The notes under the pieces were generated by a model. That model searched no databases. It worked only from the letters and a program-made list of their open reading frames with translations, and was not told where the DNA came from. Positions 1-14,252 of a stretch of 64,000 nucleotides of DNA are shown here, piece after piece (within the stretch, counting starts at the first letter, position 1; each line of letters begins with the position of its first letter). This DNA is from the human T2T-CHM13v2.0 reference genome, Homo sapiens: NCBI RefSeq assembly GCF_009914755.1, contig NC_060940.1; one strand, given 5' to 3'. The translations under genes were made by a program, and so were the position numbers.

Positions 1-3000
1 TTCTGTAATGGACTCGACTTGAATCATCAAAAGGACACGAATGGAATCATTGAATGGACTCTCATTCAATAACCATAAATGGAATCGAATGGAAAAATCA
101 TCAAAAGGAAAGGAAAGGAATCATCATCGAAGGGAATCAAATGGAATCATCAACAAATGGAATCGAATAGAATAATCCAATGAAATCGAGTGGAATTATC
201 ATCGAAGGGAATCGAATGGAATCATCATCAAATGGAATCATCATCGAATGGAATCAAATGCAATCATCATCGAATGGAATCGAATGGAATCATCAAAAAT
301 TGAATCGAATGGAATCATCAAATGGAAACTAATGGAATCATCATCTAATGGAACCAAAAGGAATCATCATCAAATGAAACCTAATGGAATCATCACCGAA
401 TGGACTCAAATGGAATCATCATGGAATGGAATCCAATGGAATCATCAACGATTGGAATCGAATGAAATTATCAAATGGAATCGAATGAAATGACCATCTT
501 ATGGAATCAAAGTGAAACATGGAATGGAATTGAATGCAATCAACCAATGGAATTGAATTGAATCATAGAATGTACTCGAATGGAATAATTATTGAATGGA
601 ATCGAATGGAAACTTCGAATGGAATCATCATCGAACGGAATCGGAAGGAGTCATCGAATGGACTTGAATAGAAACATCTTCGAATGAAATCAAATGGAAT
701 CCTCGAAATGAATTGAATGGAATACTCATCGAATGGTATCATTGAATGGAATGGAATGGAATCATCATTGAGTGGAAACGAATGGAATCATAGAATGGTA
801 TTGAATGGAATCATAATCAAATGGAATAGAATGGAATCATCATCGAATGGAATCAAAAGCAAACATCGAATGGAATCGAACAGAAAAATCGAATGTACAG
901 GAATGGAATCATCATCCAATGGAATCAAATGGAATCAACGAATGGAATCAAATGGAATCATCATCCAATAGAATTGAATCGAATCACCTAATGGACAAGA
1001 ATGGAATCCTCATCGAATGGAATCGAATGGAATCATCGTGGAATGGACTTGAATGGAATCATCGAATGGACTAGAATTCAAACATCATAAATGGAATCGA
1101 ATGAAATCAAACTCAAATGGATTCCAAAGGAACCATCTTCGAATGGAATGAAATGGAATCATGGAATGGAATGGAATGGAATCATCATTGAAGTAATTGA
1201 AGTGAAACATTGAATGGAATCGAATTGAATCATCAAATTGAATTGAACAGAATCATCATCACCGAATGGACTTGAATGGAATCATCATGGGATGGGATCG
1301 AATGGAATAATCAAAAGGACCCGAATGGAATCATCGAATGGACTCGAATGGAGTCATCATTGAGTGTAATCGAATGAAATCATCTAATGCACCTGAATGG
1401 AATCATCATCGAATGGAATCGAATGGAATCATTGAATGGACTTGAATGAAATCATCATTGAATATAATTGAAAGCAATCATCAAATGGATTCAAATAGAA
1501 TCATCAAATGGCTCAAATGGAATCAGCATCAAATGGAATCACAGGGAATCACCAAATGGACTCGAACAGAATCGTCATCGAATGGAATAGAATGTAATCA
1601 TCGAATGGACTCGAATGGAATCATCATCGAACGGAGTCGAATGGAATCATCATTGAATGGAATCTAACGGAATCATGAAAAAAGGGAATCAAACGGAAAC
1701 ATAATCGAATGGAATTGAAGGGTATCATCAACGAATGGAATAGCACAGAATCATCGAATGGAATCCAATGGATTCACCATCAAATTGAACCGAATGGAAT
1801 CGTCATTGAATGAACTCGAATGGAATCATCATTGAATGGAATCGAATGGTGTCATCGAATGGAATCTAGTGGAAACATCAAATGACTCGAATGGAATCAC
1901 CGAATGGAATCTAATGCAATCATTATCAAATGAAATCAAATGGAATGATTGAATGGATTCGAATGGAATCATCATCAAATGGAATCAAATGGAATCATCA
2001 AATGGACTCAAATGGAATCATCATTGAATGGAATCAAAAGGAATCATGGAATGGACTTGAATGGAATCATTGAACGGACTCGAATGAAATCATCATGGAA
2101 TGGAATCAAATGGAATAATCGAATGGCCGTGAATGCAATTGTCATCGAATGGAATCGCATGGAATCATTGAATGGAATTGAATGGAATCATCAATGAATG
2201 GAATCAAAAGGAATCATCGAATGGAATCTAATGGAATCTTCATCGAGTGGAATCTAATGGAATTATTGTCTAATGGAATTGAATGGAATCATCAATGAAT
2301 GGAATCAAATGGAGTAATCGAATGAAATCCTTTGGAATCATCATTGAATGTAACCGAATGCAGTCATCATCAAATAGAATCGAATGCAATCATCATCGAG
2401 TGGAATTGAAAGAAATCATCATTGAATGGAAATGAAAGGAATCATCATCGAATGGAGTCAAAAGGAATCATCATCGAATAGAATTGAATGGAATCATCAA
2501 ATGGAATAGAGTGGAATGGAATCATCATTGAAATAAATTGAAGGGATTCATCGAATGGAACTGAACAGAATCATCAAATGGAATTGAATGGAATCATCAT
2601 TGAATGGGATCAAATGGAATCATCAAATGGACATGAATGGAATAATCGAGTGGCTCAAATTGAATCATCGAATGGTATCAAATGGAATCATCGATTGGAC
2701 TCTAATGGAATCATCATCAAATGGAATCGGATGGAATCAACAAAGGAGCTTGAATGGAATCATCGAACGGACTTGAATCATCATCGAATGGAATCAAATG
2801 GAATCATCGAATGGACCTGAATGGAATCATCATCGAATGGAATAGAATGAAATCATCATCGGATAGAATCAAATGGAATCATCACACAATGGAATCGAAT
2901 GAAATCATCGAATGGACTCGAATGGAATAATCGAATGGACTCGAATGGAATCATCAAATGGAATTGAATGGATTCATCGAATGGAATTGAATGGATTCAT

Positions 3001-6000
3001 CGAATGGACTCAAATGGAATCATCATCAAATTGAATCGGATGGAATCAACTAAGGGACTTGAATGAAATCATCGAATGGACTCAAATTGAATCATCATCG
3101 AATTTAATCTTAAGGAATCATCAAATGTCCTCGAATAGAATCATGATTGAAATGAATCTAATGAAATCATCATCGGATGGAATCAAATGGAATCATCACT
3201 AAATGGAATAGAATGGAATCATCGAATGGAATTGAATGGAATCATCGAATGGAATCGAATGGAATCATCATTGAATGGAATCGAATGGAATCATCGAAAG
3301 AAATAGAATGGAAGGATCATCGAATGGGGTCAAATGAAATCATCATCGAATGGAATCCAATGGAATAATCAATGAAGGGAAACGAATGGAATCAACATCA
3401 AATGGAATCAACATCAAATGGAATCAACAGCGAATGGAATGCAATGGAATCATTGAATGAAATCCAAAGGAATCGTCACCAAATAGGATGACATGGAATC
3501 ATCGAATGGACTTGAATGGAATCATCATCGAATGTAATCTTACGGAATCATCGAATGGACTCATATGGACTCATCATCGAATGAAATCGAATGTAATCAT
3601 AAAATGGAATTGAATGGAATCATCATTGAATGGAATAGAATAGAATCATCGAATGGAATCAAATGGAATCATCAATGAATGGAATCGAATGGAATCATTT
3701 AGTGGATTTGAATGGAATCTTCATCAAATGTAATCGAATGGAATCATCAATAGGACTCGAATGGAATCATCATCAAATGGAATTTGATGGAATCAACGAA
3801 GTTACTAGAATGGAATCATCAGATAGACTTTAATGGAATCATCATCGAATGGAATCAAATGGAATCATGGAATTGAATTGAATGGAATCATCATTGCATG
3901 GAATCAAATGGAACCATCGAATGGAATTGAAGGGAATCATCCAGTGGAACCGAATGCAGTCATTCTCGGATGGAATGAAATGCAATCATTGAACGGACTC
4001 GAATCGAATCATCATAAAATGGAATCGAATGGAATCATCGAATGGACTCAAATGCAATCATCGAATGGACTTGAATGGAATCATCAAATGGAATAGAATG
4101 GAATCATCATTGAATGGATTCATTTGGAATCGCTGAATGATCTCAAAATGAATCATAATCAAATGTTACTGAAAGAATCATCATCGAATGGAATCACATG
4201 GAATCATCTTCTAATAGAATCATACCGAATCATCATGGAATGGAATTGAATGGAATCATCATTTGGACTCAAATGAAATCATCAAATGGACCCAAAGGGT
4301 AGCGTCGAATGGACTCGAACCGAATCAGCTTCGATTGGAATCGAATGGAATCATTGAAAGGACTCGAATTGAATCATCAAACGGACTTGAACGGAATCAT
4401 TATAGAATGGAATTGAAAAGAGTCATCGGATGGACTTGAATGGAATCATCATTGAATGGAATCAATTGGAATCATCGAATGCACACGAATGGAATCATCA
4501 TCAAATGGAATTGAATGGCATCATTGTATGGACTCGAAAGGAATCATCATCAAATGGAATCCATTGGAATCATTGGACGGAATCGAATGGAATTATAGAA
4601 TGGAATCGAATGGAATCATCTTTGAATGGAATCGAATGGAATCAACGAATGGAATAGAAGGCAATCATCATTGAATGGAATCGAATGGAATCATCGAATT
4701 CAATCGAATTTAATCACCATTGATTGGACTTAAATGGAATCTTCATCGAATAGAGTCAGAAGGAATAATCAAATGGACTCGAATGGAATCATGATCGAAT
4801 AGAATCAAATGGAATCTTTGAAAGAAATCGAATGTAATTATCATCGAGTGGAATCTAATGGAATCATCGTATTGAATAGAATGGAATCATCTAAGAATGG
4901 AATCAAATAGAATCATTCAATGAAATCGAATGGAATCATAATCGAGTGGAGTCGAATGGAATCATCAACAAATGGAATTGAATGGAATCATAGAATGGAA
5001 TTCAATGTAATCATCATCGAATTGAACCCAATGGAATCATTAAATGGACGTGAATGGAATCATCGAATGGACTCGAAAGGAATGATCATCGTTTGGTATA
5101 GAATGGAATCATAGAATGCAATCAAATGGTACCATCATCGAATGAAATCAAATGGAAGCTTTGAATGGACTCGAATGGAATCATCATCGAATGGAATCAA
5201 ATGGAATCATCAAATGGACTAGAATGGAATCATGGAATGGACTCGAATGGAATCATTATTGAATGCAATCAAATAGAATCATTGAATGACATCGCATGGA
5301 ATCATCATCAAATGGAATTGAATGGAATCAACGAATGGACTTGAATGGAATCACCATTTAATGGAATCAAATGGAATCATCATTGAATGAAATCAAATGG
5401 AATCATCGAATGGTCTTGAATGCAATCATCATCGAATGGAATCGAATGAAAGAATTGAATGGAGTCGAATGGAATCATAATTGAATGAAATTGCATGGAA
5501 TCAGCAAACAGAATCGAATGGAATCATCGAATGGCATTGAATGGCATCATCATCGCAAGGAATCATTGAATGGAATCAAATGTAATCATCATCAAATGAA
5601 ATCGAAGGGAATCATCAAATGGCATCGAAAGGAATCATCATCCAATGGAATCAAATGGAACCATCTAACGGACTCGTTTGGAAACATCATTGAATAGAAA
5701 TGAGTGGAATCATTGAATGGACACTAATGGAATCATCATTGAATGGAATCGAACAGAATCATCATCAAATGGAGTCAAGTAGAATCATCATAGAATGGAA
5801 TCAAATGGAGTCATCTAATGGAAGAGAATGGAATCATCATCGAATGGAATCAAATAGAATCATCAAGTGAAATCAAATTGGATAATCATCTAATGGAATC
5901 TAATGGAATCATGATTGAATGGAATCGAATGGAATCATCATCAAATGGAATCTAATGGAATCATCAACACATGGAACTGAATGGAACCATCATAGAGTGG

Positions 6001-7687
6001 AATCTAATGGAATCATCATCGAAAGGAATCCAATGGGATCACTGAATTGAATGGAGTGATCATTGAATGGAATCAAAGGGAATCATCAAATGGGATTGGA
6101 AGGAATCATCGAAAGGAATCGAATGGAATCACCGAATGGATTCGAATGGAATCAACATTGAATGGAATCAAATGGAATCATCTAATGGACTCGAGTGGAA
6201 TCATCATCGAATGGAATCATTGAATGGAAATGAATGGAATCATCACTGAATGGAATCCAAAGGAAATATCGAATGGACTCAAATGGAAATATCATCAAAT
6301 GGAACCAAATGGAATCATTGAATGGCAACTAATAGAATCATCAATGAATGGTATCTAAGGGAATAATCAAATGGACTAGAAGGGAATCACCTAATGGACT
6401 CGAATGGAATCATCATCCAATGGAATCGAATGGAATCATCGAATGGACTTGAATGGAATCATCATCGAATGGAATTGAATGGAATCATCGAATGGACTCG
6501 AATGGAATCATCTTCAAATGGAATCAAATGGAATCAGAGAATGGGCTCAAATGGAATCATAAACGAATCGAATCGAATGGAATCTTCGAATGGCATTGAA
6601 AGGCATCATCATGGAATGGAATGGAATGGAATCATTGAAAGGACTCGAATGGAGTCAAGATCGACTGGAATCTAATGGAATGTTTGAATGGACTCAATTG
6701 AAATCATCATCGAATGCAAGTGAATGGAATCATCATCGAATGGAATCAAATGGAATCATTATCGAATGGGATTGAATGGAATCATCATCGAATGGAATCG
6801 AATGGGATCATCATTGAATGGAATAGAATGGAATCATCCAATGGAATAGAATGGAATCATCATCGAATGGGATCGAATGGAATCATCAATGAATGGAATT
6901 GAATGGAGTCATCGAATGTAGTCTGTTAGAATCATCATCGAATGGAACCGAATGCAGTCGTCATCTAATGGAATCAAATGGAACCATCGAAAGGAATTGA
7001 TGGAATCATCATCGCATGGGATCGAAAGGAAACATCCAATGGACTCAAATGGAATCATCATCGGATGGAATCGAATGGAATCATTCATTGGACACGAATG
7101 CAATCATCATCGAATGGAATAGAATGGAATCTTGGAATGGAATCAAATGAAATTATTGAATGGAATCGAATAGAATCATCATTGAATAGAATCGAATTGG
7201 ATCATCATCGAATGGAATCAAATGATATCATCATCAAATGGAATCTAGTGGAGTCATCATCTAATGGAATTGAATGGATTCAGCAAGGAATGGAATCGAA
7301 TGGAGAAATCAAATGGAATCCATTGGAATCATCATCGAATGGAACCAAATGCAGTCATCATAGAATGGAATTGAATGGAATCAACGAAGGGACTCGAATT
7401 GTGTCATCATTTAATGGAATCGGATGGAATCATCGAATGGACTCGAATGGAAACATCATTGTAGGGAATCGAATGGAATAGAATGGAATCGAATGGAATC
7501 CTCAAATGGAATCGAATGTAATCATCGAATGGACACTAATGGAATCATCATCGAATGGAATCGAATGGAATCATCAAATGGACTCGAATGGAATCATTGA
7601 ATGGACTCGAATGGAATCATCCTTGAAGGGAATCGAGTGGAATCCTCGAATGGAATCAAATGGAATCATCTAATGGAATCGAACAGA
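1..7687 (+). repeat. Diverged satellite II (HSat2/HSATII) array, GGAAT strand on +
   Basis: Continuous GAATGGAATC(ATC)1-2GAATGGA(A/C)TCGAATG units of 23/26 bp, with many TCGA to TCAA/TTGA variants. Ends abruptly at ...ggaatcgaacaga|tttataag. Confidence 0.93.
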
Positions 7688-7754
7688 TTTATAAGAAACT
7701 TACTTGAACCAAAAAATAGAAAAACAAACAAACCAAAACCCCCTAAAACTGTGA

Positions 7755-8070
7755 TGAGCAAGTAGACGTCAGAACAGGAAATATCACTGGGGATGAAGAA
7801 TAACATTTCAAAATGACGAAGGGGAAAATACACCAAGAAGTCATGTAAATAAGATATATGTATGCACACAATAGCATTATTTCAAAATACATAATATAAA
7901 ACCTATTAAAAATGAAAGGTAAAATAGTAAAACCACAGTCATCCATGGGGATTTCAACAGTCTCCTGCCAGAAATTTTTAATTTTTGTTAAACGAAAATT
8001 TGGTAAGGCTAGAGAGGATCTTATAAATATAATTAGCCAACTTGATCTAACTGAATCTTTTAGAATAATC
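7755..8070 (+). mobile_element. Old L1 (L1M) ORF2 endonuclease-region fragment
   Basis: aagtagacgtcagaacaggaaatatcactggggatgaag...caccaagaag...tatgcacacaatagc...ttcaaaatacat...ggggatttcaacag resembles L1 EN-coding sequence. Frame disrupted. Confidence 0.7.
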
Positions 8071-8570
8071 TAAGGATGAGGAATGAGGTAGCAGAGAAAG
8101 AAAAGGCAGACATCAACGTGACATTAGTGTTTCAAGTCTATGAGAATACACCAATAATGGTGTATGTGTGTGTGCAGATGGTAAGCTCAATCTTAAAATT
8201 ATTGAGTTTTAACTGACAATTCATTATTAGGAAAGATAAGAGGAAATGATATCTAGTGAGAGGCTATATGACTGAACTCTAAGAGAAAGGTCACAGCAGA
8301 AATTGTGTACTTGACAGCTCGAGAAGGAGGTCAGTCAAAAATAAGTCAGTGAGAATTCTCTGGTGTAAAAGCAGAGGAATAAGGATTAGATTGAAAACAC
8401 ATGGAAGCAGAGTGACTTATGATAAAAACATGAGCTTGAAAATCCTGCAGAGAGGGCTTTAAATCCTGGGTATGATATTCTGCTTGTGTAGGCAATAGTG
8501 ATAAAAACACAACAACAAAGAGAGGTAAAGAGCACTTTCCTTTGATATAAGTAAAGGGCACGTCTTATTG

Positions 8571-8573
<3 letters not shown>

Positions 8574-8613
<40 letters not shown>
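8574..8613. repeat. (TA)n microsatellite
   Basis: About 20 perfect TA units. Confidence 0.97.
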
Positions 8614-8619
<6 letters not shown>

Positions 8620-8751
8620 GTATTCAACTGAGATTCAACATGTTTCTCTCATTAAAACAGCAAGCTCTCCAGGCCTTCATGTTCCCAGTGAGGTAGGTAA
8701 CCTTCTGATGATTACACTCACCCTCCCTCATTGCAAAGCTCCCATTGTTAT

Positions 8752-9208
8752 TGTCTTGGCTCTGGATTCCCTCAAAAATAGACTATGAAACAAATATCTG
8801 GGGTCAGATACTTTAATCAGAAATTGAGTGAGAAAGCACAGAAGTGGAGAAAATGAAACAGAACACGAAGCCAGTGTGAATGAGTAGTTACTGCTATGTG
8901 CTCAGTAATGATGGAGGTATGGAGATTGTCTCAAAATAACTTTACAAAGAGATGGGGATGCTGGAATCCCCATCTCTTATTGCTTAAGGATTGCCTTAGA
9001 ATCATTAACTCTCCACCCCTAACTCTTTCTTTGTTCCTATGTGTGGTTGAGAAGCACTGGTTAGCCTCAAGAAGCTTGCAGGCAGGCCCAAAAATCAGAA
9101 AGACAGGCATGATGTGGGGAGCTCTCAGTTAGCTGGAAACAGGTGAATTTCAGGTGAACACATTGAGTCCAGGACATAGAAGACAAGTCATCAGCAATAT
9201 CTGTTATA
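8752..9208. mobile_element. Old ERVL-type solo LTR (LTR33/LTR16-like)
   Basis: Starts tgtcttggctctggattccctcaaaaatagactatgaaac and ends cagcaatatctgttata, resembling LTR33-group termini. Highly diverged. Confidence 0.45.
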
Positions 9209-9246
9209 GCCAGTATTCTTTTTCTTTTTAAGAATATATATACTTT

Positions 9247-9868
9247 CTATTGGGGGTCCCCAAGTCCCCTTTGGTTTAATGATTCACATAACTCAAGAAA
9301 GCTGATTTTTTCTGTGGTTATAGTTTCTAACAGTGAAAGAAACCAGATTAAAATAATCAGAAGCATAAAAGCACATAAAGTTGAGTCCAGGACAAACCAG
9401 ATGTGAGCTTACAGGTGTCCTTTCATAGTGGGGACTTCACAATGACTAATTTTCTTTACAATGGTGTGAGACAACATGTGTGAACTTGTTGCCAACTAGG
9501 GAAGCTCAGTCAGTCTTGAGTCCAGGGTTTTTATTAGGATTCCACCACATATGCATCGAGCGTCCTGTGACTGAACTTAGCTACTTAGTTCCCACCCTCC
9601 CTATGCCCTAAGATATGTCATATTAATATGGCATTACACAAAGTCATAGGCATACAGAAACAGGTGCTCACAAGAAATCACGTTGTAAACATCAGCTATT
9701 TGACATGACCTACGTTTTCAGGTATACAAAGACTCTCATCAGGCAGCATATACCAAGGGCTCATAGGTTATCATCTCCCAGGAGCTTGTCAAGGGCTAGG
9801 CCTTAAGACTTTTGGAATGTGCAAGGTTTTGGAAAGCCATGTCTGCAGAATTAACCCTTCATTACACA
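9247..9868 (-). mobile_element. MER21-family LTR (MER21C-like)
   Basis: gggggtccccaag...gccaactagggaagctcagtcagtcttgagtccagggtttttatt...ttaacccttcattacaca matches recalled MER21 motifs in reverse orientation. Confidence 0.7.
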
Positions 9869-10235
9869 GCCTCCAATAATTTTTTTATCATTAAAAATGT
9901 TTTTTCATCTTTGACAATGTACCAACCAATACTGAGTAATTAGTAACAACAGTGTACTCGTGAGTACTTACACCTGCAAGGAGAAAGAGGACAGATGCAC
10001 TTACATAGGACAGATGCAAATAGACACCACTATGACAAGTAAAGCTGGAATAATCAATAAATTTCTAAAGACAAAGTGGGGCTGGTGAGATTGGGAGACC
10101 GCTGACAGCTGAAGAAGTTGGAAAAGATCCATCATCTTGAAAACTTTTTCCCAACAAACGCACTGCGTTCTCTCAAGCAATTGGTAAGGAATCCAAGAGA
10201 GTCCATATATGACACAGATCAGGGAGAGCAGAACA

Positions 10236-10515
10236 CTTGGGAGGTGACCAGGTCTTGGGGCCGAGCCCTTATGAATGGGATTAGTGCCTTTATAAAAGAA
10301 GCTCAATGGAGTTCTTGTGTGCCTTCCACTATGTGAGGACATAGAAAGAAGGCACCATCTATGAACCATGAAATCGGCTCTCATCAACACTGAATTTGTG
10401 AGCATCTTGACCTGAGATCTTACAGCCTCAAGAAGTGTGAAAAAAGAAATATCTGTTGTTTTTTAGTCAACCAGTTTATGTTATTTTGTTTTAAGAGTCC
10501 AAATAGACCAAGATA
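10236..10515 (+). mobile_element. MLT1A-type MaLR LTR (3' part)
   Basis: gagcccttatgaatgggattagtgcctttataaaaga...atgtgaggaca...ccatctatgaacca...ccagtttatgttattttgtt...aaatagaccaagata. Confidence 0.8.
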
Positions 10516-10729
10516 TTCCAGTTAATATGTAGGGGAAGGCAACAAAAACTGCCACACTTAGTATACTCCTGATGCTGGGAGTATGAAAACAGGAAAAACA
10601 AAACAAAACTGCTCTTGAAGGTGAAGGAGGAATATCACTGAGCTCACCAACACAGCCAGGAAAAGAACAGAAGTGTGAGAAGGCTACATTCCTGAGACCC
10701 TGAGAAAAAGTACCTGCATAGGACTGAGA

Positions 10730-11400
10730 TGAGATTAACTATTCTAGTTATGATTGAAATCCCAAAAAGAAAAGAGGGAAAAATAATTGAGCAATAGAAA
10801 TATTTTTCAAAATAACTGCCAAAAATATTCTAAAAGAAGTGATGGAAAATCAAACTTCAGATATAGGAAACTCAGAGAATGTCAAATAGAACAAAAAGAA
10901 ATAAGAATTACATCTTGAAAAATCTTTAAAAAATCAAGTCTAAATTTTATATCTTGCTCCAAATATACAGAGATATAAATAGGTTATCATCAAGATATGG
11001 AGAAAGCCATATCATGGAAACACTAAAATAAGGCTGTGGAAGGACTACATTGATATTAGACACAACAGAGTTCGGAACAAGAAATACTATCAGAGATGAG
11101 AGATAATAGATAATAGAATAATCAATTCTCAAGAAGATGTAAACATACTTCTAATTAGGGTATGCAGCTAACAACAGAGCCTCCAAATACATGAGGTAAA
11201 ACAGGAAAGAAATCAAAGGTGAACTAGAAAAATCCAAAATTATATTTGCAGACTTCAACACTTTTGTCTTAGTAATGGAAACACTAGGCACAAACTCAGT
11301 AATCATGTGGAAGATAACAACAATATCACCAACAAGACATCCAATCTTCAATGGAAGATACAGTTTCCTTTCAAGTGAAAAAATAACAGTATGGCATATT
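10730..11400 (+). mobile_element. Old L1M fragment (ORF1 remnant and ORF2 endonuclease start)
   Basis: A-rich strand; caattctcaagaagatgtaaac...tatgcagctaacaacagagcctccaaatacatgag...gcagacttcaacac matches L1 EN-coding sequence. Confidence 0.7.
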
Positions 11401-11431
11401 TCTAACAAACCCAGAATTTCTAATATTTGCG

Positions 11432-12067
11432 TTCTTCCTTCTTTCCATCTTCCTTTCTCTTCTCTTCCCTTCCTTTGCCTTTCTTCCTTCCTTTCTTCTT
11501 TTACTCTTCCTTTTCTTTTCTTTTTTCTTTTCCTTCTTTTTTTCTCATTCCTTCCTTCTTTCCTTCTTTCTTTCCTCTTATTCTTCCTTCCCTCCTCCCT
11601 CTCTTCCTTTCCCCCTCCCTTTTCTTCCTTCTTTTCTCATATTCTTTTGTTCTTTCTGACGGTCTTGCTTTCTTTCCTTTTTCTCCCTTCCTCCCGCCCT
11701 CCCTTTCTTCCTTCCTCCCTCCCTTCCTTTCCTCTTTTTCCTTCCTTTCTTTGCCTCTTTATTTTCTTTGTTTCTTTGACTTCCTCCCTTTTACCATTCT
11801 CTCTTCCTCCTTTCCTTCCTCCCTTCCTCCTTTCTTTCTTTCTTTCTCTGTTTCTCTCTTTCTTTCTCTTTCATTCATTCATTCTTTCTTTCTTTCCTTC
11901 TTTCTTCCTTGTGTTCATGCTTTCTTTTTTCTCCCTTCCTGTCTTTCTCCCTTCCTCCCTTCTTCCCTCATTTCCTCATTCTTTTCTTTCTTCTTTCTTT
12001 ATTTCCTTCCTTCCTTCTTTCCTTCCTTCTTTTTCTTTCTTTGTTTCCTTTTCTTTCTTTCTCTTTA
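11432..12067. repeat. CT-rich low-complexity tract (TTTC/TTCC/CTCC)
   Basis: About 635 bp almost entirely pyrimidine on +. Source of the spurious F/L/S/P-rich ORFs. Confidence 0.97.
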
Positions 12068-12153
12068 CTACAATTCATATTATTTTTAAAAAATTAAGAG
12101 AGGGAGACAGAAAAATAAAGAATGCTTTAATCTGCAGGTAAATAGATTATGTC

Positions 12154-12965
12154 TGCTGTAGGCCAAAGAATGTTCTCCCCAAAATTTTCATGTCCTAATT
12201 CCCAGATTCTAACATACAAATACGTTAGGTTGCACTGCAGTGTGAAATTAGATTACAAGTGAAATTAAGGTTGCAGAAAAATGATAGAGAGATTGTCTTA
12301 AATGGATGGGATCAATGAAATGACAAACATCCTTGTAAGTGAAAGAAGAAGGCAGAAGAAAGGCCACTATAGAGGTGGTGGCATGAGAAATTACTCAAAA
12401 TCACTGACATTTAAAATACAAGAAAGAGGACACAGTGCGGTGGCTCATGCCTAATCCCAGCACTTTGGGATGCTGGGTTGGGTTTATCACGAGGTCAGGA
12501 GATCGAGACCATCCTGGCTAACATGGTGAAACCCCATCCCTACTAAAAATACAAAAAATTAACTGGGAGTGGTGGCAAGTGCCTGTAGTCCAAGCTACTC
12601 AGGAAGCTGAGGCAGAAGAATCACTTGAACCCGGGAGGCAGAGGTTGCAGTGAGCTGAGATCGTGCCACTGCACTCCAGCCTTAGTGACAGATGGAGACT
12701 CCATCTCAAAAACCAAAAAGAAAAATAGGATAAAAGAAGGAGGTCATGTTCCAAGGAATAAAGGTGGCCTATGAATGCTGAAAAAAAGCAAGTAATAGAT
12801 TCTGCCACATGGCCCTCAGAAAGACTGCAGCCCTGCCCAAAACTTGATGTTAGCCCTGTGAGTTTCATTTAAGGCTTCTGAACTACAGAACTGTAGGATT
12901 AACGCTCACTTTATTGTAAGATATGAATTTTGTGGTAATTGGTTACAGAAGCAAGAAGTTTATAT
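12154..12965 (+). mobile_element. MLT1D-like MaLR LTR interrupted by an Alu
   Basis: 5' part catgtcctaattcccag...gaaattaaggttgcaga; 3' part ccaaggaat...gcagccctgcc...cttctgaactacagaactgtag...tttgtggtaattggttacag. Confidence 0.75.
12429..12729 (+). mobile_element. Full-length Alu, AluS type (AluSc8-like)
   Basis: tcacgaggtcaggagatcgagaccatcctggctaacatgg and aatcacttgaacccgggaggcagaggttgcagtgag; A tail; degenerate TSD atacaagaaagag (12416-12428) / ataaaagaaggag (12730-12742). Confidence 0.9.
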
Positions 12966-13945
12966 TGTAATTGTATCATGAAAATGAGAACCATAATTTA
13001 CAACTGCTTTTAATACTGAACTTCGATGTTTGAAATCACGTATATGGAAATGATCTCTATGTGCATGAGGGAGGATAGCAAATTGATGCCAAAATAATGC
13101 AAATGCAAATCTTACACACATTTCTATGTAGGTTTCATTTAATCTTTGAAATTAAAATGAAATTAAAAGATTGTGATATTTTGATGAAATTAGACTAAAA
13201 TGAACAATAACAAAATAAGAACTTACTTATATTTTTATATGGTCAATAAAGAAGTGATAGTGAAAAAAACAAGATCAAATGAAGGTGATGATTTAGGAAG
13301 CTGGAAAGATAGCTTAAACTACAAAATGGTATATAACCAGTGAACACTTAGACACACTGATTGATGAACTTCAGCTTTTGGCTTGGTGAGAGCATAAAAT
13401 GAGAGCAGCTGAGGTTTGCAAATTTGTAATCTCCTTGTGGAAAACCATGGGAAAACACATCTCAGCCTAATAAGATTTATCAACTAAAGTGTCTAGACTT
13501 GATCAATTTGTCCTTGTAATTCAAAAGCTAATGCAAATACTGATCTGATATATTGTGTGAACAACCATTGTTGATTATCATCGCATACCTGGCTTTCTCT
13601 TTTATCTGATATCTAAAATATCTGGTAATTCCTGGACTTTCTCTTTTCAAACCCAGTACGGTTTAATTTGAGTCTTAGAACAGTTGTCTTTGAGAAATTC
13701 TTCCCTCTACTGCATCTGTGAATGGGCATAGCATGGTTACATACATACTGTCACTCTATAGAACATTTGTTAAATTAAAGCCAAAGTTTAAAGCAAGAGC
13801 TTTAACTTACTGGTTTTACTAATGTTTTCCTCCCCAATAGCCACAACAATATTGATACCTCACACCTTTTAACATAAAGCTTGGTGTTGTCTATTTTTCA
13901 GGTGCTGTCATCTATATGATCTCAGTATTTTAAAAATCAGCTTCC

Positions 13946-14252
<307 letters not shown>

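Noticed and set aside
11275-12141. Longest ORFs (288 aa and 220 aa), hydrophobic and membrane-protein-like
   Set aside because: Stop codons are absent only because the CT-rich tract has almost no A or G; overlapping frames are all open.
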